From NCBI GenBank assembly GCA_951406725.2, contig OX597820.1, positions 97,960,001 through 98,024,000 of the forward strand: a stretch of DNA of 64,000 bases, given 5' to 3'. A program made the position numbers and the translations under genes. The notes beneath the pieces are model-generated. The model was given only the letters and a program-made list of their open reading frames with translations. It searched no databases and was not told the DNA's origin. Position 1 is the stretch's first letter, and each line of letters opens with the position of its first letter. Shown in pieces: positions 55,689 through 64,000 of the stretch. The stretch comes from Octopus vulgaris. Its lineage: Eukaryota.

Positions 55689-55892
55689 AGAGAGAGAGAG
55701 AGAGGGAAGAGAGATAATATATATATAGACATATTTGGGTATATATATATAAACACACACACACATATAACACATTCGTACGTATATATGTGTATGTATG
55801 AATCTATGTGTCTGTATGTCTGTTTCTATATATATGTACGCACGCATGTATTTACATACATACATACGAGAGGAGAGAGATAATATGCATAC

Positions 55893-56195
55893 TCAAAGCC
55901 TTGTGAGTGGATTTGGTAGACGGAAACTGGAAGAAGCCCGTGGTATACATGCATATAAATATAATTATATATATATATTTATATGCATGTGTATATGTTT
56001 GTGTGTCTGTGTTTGTCACCTCAACATCACTTGGCAACCAATGCTGGTGTGTTTACGTCCTCGTAACTTAGCGGTTCGGCAAAAGAGACCGATAGAATAA
56101 GTACTAGGCTTACAAAGAATAAGTCCTAGGGTTGATTTGCTCGACTAAAGGCGGTGCTCCAGCATGGCTACAGTTAAATGACTGAAACAAGTAAC
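55893..56195 (+). mobile_element. SINE family B, 5'-truncated
   Basis: Homology to 27168-27558. Confidence 0.85.
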
Positions 56196-56204
56196 AGATA
56201 TATA

Positions 56205-57160
56205 TATAAATAAGGATAATATCGATATTTAAATATGGGAATAAATACCATACAAAGGTAATAATTTTTTACAATTATAAATAAGGGTATCTGAGAGACA
56301 CCACCATGCCGAAATAGCAGTCAAATCACTGACTCTAAAAACCACCTTAAATGTTCATATTGCACCATGAGATAAACTTGCAATAATTCAAGATCCTGGA
56401 TTTTTGGCGGCCAATTAGAACTGACCGTGTACTTACGTGCATATATATGTATGTATGGACGTTCGTATATGTAAGTATAACATGTGTTCTGTATATATAT
56501 ATATTTGTATTTATGTGCCCATCTGATATATTCAACTGACGAAGGCAGAGCTTATTTGAAACAAAGCTAGAAATCCAGAATCTTGAATTATTCAGTAATA
56601 TCTTTTTGCAAGTTTATTTTGTCTCTCTGTCTTATCTCATGGTGCGATATGAACATTTAAGGTGGTTTTTATAGTCAGTGATTTGACTGCTATTTCGGCA
56701 TGGTGGTATCTCTCAGATACCCTTATTTATTGTTGTAAAAAAATTATTACCTTTGTATGGTATCTATTCCCATACTAGTCACTTGATAATATCGATATTA
56801 TCCTTATTTATAAATTTATATAATTCGTCACTATATTCACTGCGGTGTTTATTTTGACCATATCGCCCTTATGAGGTGGTTGGCGGGCAATTTGAACTGG
56901 CCTTGTACATACGTGCATATATATGTATGTATGGACGTTCGTATAAGTAAGTATAACGTTTATTCTGTATATATATATATATATTTGTATTTATGTGCCC
57001 ATCTGTATATATATTCAACTGACGAAGGCAGAGCTTATTTGAAGCAAAGCTAGCAATCCAGGATCTTGAATTATTCAGTAATATCTTTTTGCAAGTTTAA
57101 GGTGGTTTTTAGAGTCAGGGATTTGACTGCTATTTCGGCATGGTGGTGTCTCTCAGATAC

Positions 57161-57165
<5 letters not shown>
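56205..57165 (+). mobile_element. Partial-tandem PLE pLTR array with an inverted 5' segment and two HHR-like motifs
   Basis: 56205-56400 is inverted relative to 56570-56810. 56405-56720 is directly repeated at 56880-57165. attcaa-CTGACGA...G(A/C)AAtccag(a/g)aTC-ttgaat at 56530-56588 and 57013-57071. Confidence 0.7.
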
Positions 57166-57230
<65 letters not shown>

Positions 57231-57282
57231 TTATATGTATTATCTCTCCCTCTTCACGTCAGTATGTAAATACATACGTGCA

Positions 57283-57338
<56 letters not shown>

Positions 57339-58017
57339 AACACAGATATACAAATACATAAATTCATACACACATATATATGTACGATTGTGTGCGTTAC
57401 ACGCTTTATTTCCTCCCAGCGACATTATACGAAGCACCACCACCAGCGACAGCGGTAGCAGCGCGGAGTCATTCTGTTTCTTTTTTTCATTCTCTTCGTT
57501 AATCTTTCTCTCTGTCTACCCCTCTATTTCTTTGTCTGTCTCTCTTTCTTGCTCTCTCCATATATATATATATATGTAAGTACGTGTGTATGTATCCCTT
57601 TGCCTTACTCGCTTTCACTAATTTTTTCCAGCATAGAAGCCAGCTGCCAGTCACCAACCGCACCACCAACAGCACGACCGCAAGGCGTAAGACTTTATAA
57701 GAAACGGTAGTAGCAGCAGCGGCATCACCAGCAGCGGCTGTAGCAGCAGCAGCAGCAGAAAGCAGCAGCAGCGGTTTTACCCTCAGCATTACCGCCAACA
57801 TCACATCTACTACAACCATAACGATCGCCCCTCCCCTTAACACTCCCAGGTTCTAGCACGATTTTTTCAAAAGGCTAGACGCTGACAGCATGTAACCAGC
57901 ACAAAACACTTGCTTCAAGGGGTAGGTTATTTTCAGAGGAAACACCTATTACTTAATGAAAGATGTCGGTGACCTCCCCGGTGGCTAAAAGACACACACT
58001 ACGTCTGCAAAATCAAT

Positions 58018-58140
58018 TTCTTCTTCTTCTTCTTCTTCTTCTTCTTCTTCTTCTTCTTCTTCTTCTTCTTCTTCTTCTTCTTCTTCTTCTTCTTCTTCTT
58101 CTTCTTCTTCTTCTTCTTCTTCTTCTTCTTCTTCTTCTTT
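58018..58140. repeat. (CTT)n microsatellite
   Basis: Direct reading. Confidence 0.95.
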
Positions 58141-58236
58141 ACTTTATCGTTTTTAAGAACATTTTTTTATCGATTACTGTTTATTCGTCTGTCTGACAAG
58201 AGAGCAATTTGATATATATATATATATATGTATATG

Positions 58237-58267
<31 letters not shown>

Positions 58268-58268
<1 letters not shown>

Positions 58269-58427
58269 GGGAGAGTTCACGAAAAAAAAAGTCGAAGACA
58301 GGTGGTGTACAAAACAAACAGATGTATTAGTATAACGCTCAGGAATAGAAGTCTTTTACGTTTCGAGCCTACGCTCTTCTGCAGAAAGGGACACAGAAAA
58401 AAAAAACAAGGAGAGAAAAAAAGGAGA
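58268..58427 (-). mobile_element. Family H1 HHR-bearing element
   Basis: HHR motif at 58352-58389 with core CTGCAGA. Flanked by (TA)n. Confidence 0.7.
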
Positions 58428-58502
58428 ATATATATATATGCATGTATATGTATATTTGCATGCATTTACATGCATGTATATGTATATATGCATGCATATA
58501 TA

Positions 58503-59766
58503 TTGGGTCATCCCAGGAATAAGGCACTTCTTTTTCAGTTACATAAACTAAATATCAGGGGCGGAAGGAAATTGCCTCCATCAGCTTGCTATAAAAACAG
58601 CTAGTAATTTTATCTTGTCCTTATTCTTAGTATAAGTTTTGAAGAGTGCAGTTCGGTTTTAACAGTGATCTTTTTCAAAACCATAACGGAACATATTCGG
58701 CATATTTTGCTTTATGAATTCAGTAAAGGCAACAACGCAACGGAATGTGCGAGGAATATTAATGCAATATATGGGATCGGACAATAAGCGTAAGCCAGTG
58801 TCAGCGGTGGTTTCAGAAATTCCGAACCGGAAACTACAGCCTAGAAGACGAGCTCTATCGTGGAAGATCTGTAAAGCTCGACAAGGACGTCCTACAAACT
58901 CTGGTGGAACAAAGCCTTATTGCAACTGTTGAGGAACTCGCAGAGAAGCTTCGATTTTGTCATTCAACCATTTTTCAACACCTGCATGACCTCGGAATAG
59001 TCAGCAAATTGGATCTATAGGTTCCTCACAAACTTTCCAAGTCTAATCGCGTGCAGAGAGTGTTGTGTGCTCTTTTTTGCTGTCACATCTCACGAATGAA
59101 CCTTTTTTGGACCGAAAAGTGACTGGTGACGAGAAATGGGTTGTCTATAAAAATTTCAAGAGCCGAAGACCGTGAGTATGGAAAGGAGAAACACCGGCAC
59201 CCCAACTAAAGAAGGTCTTCAGCCACGTAAGGTGTTGTTATCTGTTTGGTGGGATATGAAAGGTTTAATCCACTTTGAAATTTTACACCCAAACGAAACG
59301 ATAACAAAGATCTACAGTGAGCAGCTTCAGCGGCTTAAGTCAGCGTTAGAAGAAAAACGATCATCTTGGGTACAAGACGAAAGGTGTTCTTCCATCAGAA
59401 CAATGTTCGGCCACATACAGCGAGGATGACATTCCAAAGGCTGAGCAGTTTGAACGGGAAATGATGTCTCACCCACTATATTTACTAGACATTGATTGCC
59501 CCATCTGATTATCATTTATTCAACAGTCTTCAAAATCATTTAGACGGAAAAATTATGAATTCTGTAGACGAGGTCAGAAGACTACTGGAGAAGTAGTTTT
59601 CGTCACGGACAAGTGAATTTTGGAAGAGGGGCCTTGCAAATCTACCAGATAGATGGAAGAGCATTGTAGAAAATGAGAGTATATTTTATATTACAAAAGA
59701 AATTTATCTTAATTTTGAAAAATTAAGGAAGTATAAAAAACTCGCATTATTTATGGGATGGTCCAA
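58503..59766 (+). mobile_element. Full-length decayed mariner element
   Basis: ta|ttgggtcatcccaggaataa ... ttatttatgggatggtccaa|ta TIRs. Encodes VTGDEKWVVY, KVLLSVWWDMKGLIHFE and IAPSDYHLFNSLQNHL. Confidence 0.92.
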
Positions 59767-59829
59767 TACATATAAAGGTCTGTGTGTGTGCGTATGTGTG
59801 TGTGTGTATGTGTATGTGCGCGTGTGTGT

Positions 59830-60510
59830 GAAGGAAAATGACACCAACAACTGCTGGCAAAACCTTGAGATACCCATTTTTTGTATCGAATTGTAACTGG
59901 GGCTAAAAAAAATGGATCTATGTTCGGAATCCTAAACAGATTAATAAGTACGTTTCTTCTGGTCAGGCTTGAGAACTTGTCAAACTAGTGTGGTTTGAAT
60001 AGAAGTTCAGGTTGCGTGATTGTTGAAAATTTGAGCGAGTGTTATACATTGAGTTGGTCCCAAATGGTCATGCTGTGAACGCTAATCTTTATGCTTAACA
60101 ACTGCAGTGAGTATATAATGCTTTGAAAGCCCGTTACCCAGCTTTGTTCAATCGAAGACGCGCACTCCTACAGTATGGCAATGCACCAGCATACACTGCC
60201 AATGTAGCCGTGTGCAAAATTGAGGGAACTGATGGGGTGGAAGTGCTGCTTCGCCTTGCTTGAAGTCCACGCGTTGCCCTATCGGATAATCACCTTTACC
60301 GAGTCGTGGCTCATGTCCTGCACAGACGGAGGTTCAGTAATGTGGATGACGTTGAAAATGGGTGCAAGGATTTTTTGTCTCTCAATCAGTCAAAGGGCAT
60401 GTGGGTCGAATTGAGCTTCTGATACAAAGATGGCAATAGACAATAGAATATTAGGGGATAATATATTTTCGTGAAAAAAACATAATTATGTAATTTATTT
60501 GAACTATTAA
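59830..60510 (+). pseudogene. Decayed mariner transposase 3' fragment
   Basis: IVTGAKKWIY, YIELVPNGHAVNANLY, LLQYGNAPAYTA and PSDNHLYR. Confidence 0.75.
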
Positions 60511-60554
60511 TTAAAGCACACACACACACACACATATATATATACACACACATA

Positions 60555-60594
<40 letters not shown>

Positions 60595-60601
60595 TGTATA
60601 G

Positions 60602-60646
<45 letters not shown>

Positions 60647-60647
<1 letters not shown>

Positions 60648-60800
60648 GTTGGTGTGTTTACGTCCCCGTAACTTAGCGGTTCGGCAAAAAGAGATCGAAC
60701 GAATAAGTACTAGGCTTTCAAACCATAAGTTCTGAGGACGATTTGTTCGACTAAAGGCGACGCTCTAGCATGACCGCAGTAAAATGACTGAAGCGAATGA
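60647..60800 (+). mobile_element. SINE family B, 3' part
   Basis: gtgtttacgtccccgtaacttagcggttcggcaaaa...aaatgactgaa. Confidence 0.8.
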
Positions 60801-61240
60801 AATAATATGCATGTATGTATATACAATATATGCGCACGCGTATATATATATATATATATATATGTTTGTGTATGCTTGTGTATGTGTATACACCTATATT
60901 GACTATAGGGAAAAACTTTGTCCACACAATTCCCGCTGCGTATGTGTCTCTGTGTCCATGTGTGCATGAACATCTTGAAATGGTTGTACCCACCAATATT
61001 TTATTCAACACTGCTATGTGCGGCTGAAATAAATTCATTCCAACTTGTCAAAGTTTTGCACATAACCGAAAATATATCATTTGCTGGTGACTATGCTTAG
61101 CGATGTAATTCATCGCTTAATAGTTTGTTTTTAAAATATATCGTCTATAAGGAAATTTTTTCCTCTCTAGATAATTTATTCAGCGTGTCTTTTCAGGGAT
61201 GAGTATGCACGAAAATGTAAAATATGATTGTACATATCTG

Positions 61241-61327
<87 letters not shown>

Positions 61328-61371
61328 GTCTGTCTGTCTGTCTGTCTGTCGTTCTGCCTGTCTGTCTATCT

Positions 61372-61467
<96 letters not shown>

Positions 61468-61505
61468 GTCCGTCCGTCCATCCATCCATCCATCCATCTA
61501 TCTAC

Positions 61506-61622
<117 letters not shown>

Positions 61623-61796
61623 AGCCTGTCTATTTATCTCTCTCTGCACAAATATCCGTAGAAACACACACACGCGCGCGTGCGTATGTCATTATCCAGT
61701 TTTATTTCAAGATTTCTCGACAAAACAGAGCCTGCTTCTAACCTAGATCCAGGGCTCCTTTATTGAAATTTCAAAATCAACAACAAGGTTTGTATG

Positions 61797-61830
<34 letters not shown>

Positions 61831-62493
61831 TGTATGTATGTATGTATGTATGTATGTATGTGAGCATATTTGTACGTTTTGTTTCATGTAAGCCTTCTCA
61901 TGCATATACTTGCATATCTAGACATGCTCATATATACTTAAATGCATTTATGTACGTATGTATTTATGTATGCATACACGCATGCGCTGCGGTGATGTTA
62001 TTGCACAATAACGTGTACAAAAGGTCAATATCAGTGTAATGTAAATATTTAGATAAAACTACAAAAGTCTCGCTATAACAATTTACTGTAATTTTGTCGG
62101 TCGAATTTTCAGAATTAAAAGAAACAGAAGAATTATTTTATATTATACATAATAAAGTTTATCAGTTGAAGAACAAGGAGAGAGAAAAATAAGTAGAGGA
62201 GGAAGGCAAACGAGAGAAAAGATGTGTAGAAATGTAAGCAATAAACCATTGAGATATTAAAAGTTTAACTTAGAGAAAAAAGGTGGATGGTTAGAAAAGA
62301 ATCAACAGCTTTTGTGAAGTTATATGAGTGAGGAAGACATTGTTTAGGGAGGAGAAATCACTATCAGTAACTGCTTTCATATTTTTGGTATGATATATTT
62401 TCAAGATTCTAAACAATCGCTTGAAAATTAAAATATTAAAAGAATCAGGAATATTTAAAGTTGTCATCAAAGCTATTTCAATAGAAATTGGTA

Positions 62494-63320
62494 TATGCAT
62501 ATATTTTATTTATTACACTATTGTATGACTGAGCGCACTCGCGTCGATTCGATTCGATTCGTTTCGTTTCTTCTTGTCCAAGTACTGTTTTTATATATAA
62601 TTATGACGCGAAACACTATACCTCTTTGCTTTACCTTCCCTTCTTTCCCTATCTCTCTCTCTCTCACTCCTCCTCATCTATCTCTCAGCCGCTTGTCTTC
62701 CTCTATCTCTCTCTCTCTCTCACTCCTCCTCATCTCTCTCACAGCCAGCCAACTACTTCCTTTTACATGCGGCCTCCTAACTGTAAACACACGGTTTTTC
62801 TTGCGCTCTCCAGAATCTTCCTCGTCTAGGCCCCAAAAAGGCCCTTTTCGTTTGTTTTCTTGTTTGTTTTTATATCTCGTATTGTATTTTTTTGTAATTG
62901 TATTTTTATTTTGTATTTTATTTTGTATTTTATTTGTATCGTTTTTACGTCCTGTTTGTGTTACATTTTTTTCTTTCTTTGTTTTTACCCCTCTGCGAAG
63001 TAATTTTATTTAATTCTTTCGCAGGAAGGGCTAGTTCGACGAGTCGTGTTCTGTCTTCACCTTCGAAATACGCTGAAGTTGAACTAGGGACAGCTGATGA
63101 AGGGGATTTTTCCTTGTGTAGTTTGTCTTGTACTCTGTTTTTCGTAGTAAAAAAGTGTCTGTTCCATGCTTGTTTTTACGTTTTCGTTTCTCGTTGAGTT
63201 CTAGGTCTATTTGTGGTGTCCTGTACTCACGTATATATATTTATATATGCATGTATATATACATGTAGATGTAGGTACATACATATATGTATGTATGCAT
63301 ATATTTTATTTATTACACTA
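62494..63320 (+). mobile_element. PLE pLTR / retrozyme-like unit (800-bp period) with a 27-nt terminal direct repeat and a permuted hammerhead
   Basis: tatgcatatattttatttattacacta at 62494-62520 and 63294-63320, followed by (TA)n. The 3' part is homologous to 35288-35500. Confidence 0.7.
63031..63105 (+). ncRNA. Non-circularly permuted, pseudoknotted hammerhead-like RNA, copy 1
   Basis: RNA: CUAGUUCGAC GAGU CGUG UU CUGUCU UCA CCUUC GAAA UACG CUGAA GUUGAACUAG GGACAG CUGAUGA A GGGG. All four helices can pair. Confidence 0.7.
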
Positions 63321-63345
63321 TATATATATATATATATTCTTTTAC

Positions 63346-63737
63346 TCTTTTACTTGTTTCAGTCATTTGACTGTGGCCATGCTGGAGCACCGCCTTTAAT
63401 CGAGCAACTCGACCCCGGGACTTATTCTTTGTAAGCCCAGTACGTATTCTATCGGTCTCTTTTTGCCGAACCGCTAAGTGACGGGGACATTAACACACCA
63501 GCATCGGTTGTCAAGCTATGTTGGATGGGACAAACACAAACATACACGCACACACACATATATATATACATATATACGACGGGCTTCTTTCAGTTTCCGT
63601 CTACCAAATCCACTCACAAGGCTTTGGTCGGCCCGAGGCTATAGTAGAAGACACTTGCCCAAGGTGCCACGCTGTGGGACTGAACCCGGAACCATGTGGT
63701 TGGTAAACAAGCTACTTACCACACAGCCACTCCTACG

Positions 63738-63740
<3 letters not shown>
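63346..63740 (-). mobile_element. tRNA-derived SINE family B, full copy
   Basis: Minus strand reads ggcgtaggagtggctgtgtggtaag...ggttccgggttcagtccc...accttgggcaag...gtcaaatgactgaaacaagtaaaaga. Flanked by (TA)n. Confidence 0.92.
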
Positions 63741-63771
<31 letters not shown>

Positions 63772-64000
63772 TGTTATTTGAGATAGGGGAATCACTCTCA
63801 TTAGCATTTCTCAGATATTTGATCTCTTAAATGCTTTAAATTATGTTCTAAAACATTTATGTATACAAGCAGATATCAGCTCTGAATGACGATTAAGAAG
63901 AGAGAATTTTGAAAACAATATTTCACAAATGTAAAATTCTCCCAAAACTGAGGAAAGTTTGTGATGCAAAGCACCAGATATATAAAACTGCAATATCATT

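Overview
AT-rich, microsatellite-saturated eukaryotic non-coding DNA. The repeat repertoire strongly suggests an octopus or other coleoid cephalopod genome (inference from the SINE families and the TA/CA/CTAT microsatellite load). No intact protein-coding gene is supported, and almost all ORFs in the track are microsatellite translations. The window holds many copies of two abundant tRNA-derived SINE families, decayed mariner/Tc1 transposons, a Gypsy pol fragment, R4/Dong and RTE-like LINE fragments, a Helitron with a Pif1 helicase remnant, and a head-to-tail tandem composite Helitron. It also holds many Penelope-like element (PLE) remnants, including short (TA)n-embedded and fold-back units carrying hammerhead ribozyme (HHR) motifs. 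The most striking signal is a hammerhead whose three core strands are in non-circularly permuted order with an extra pseudoknot helix. It is present in two diverged copies (63031-63105 + and 35194-35269 -) that show compensatory base changes. Several PLE-type minimal HHR families also carry core variants shared across copies (non-A at position 6, U4C).
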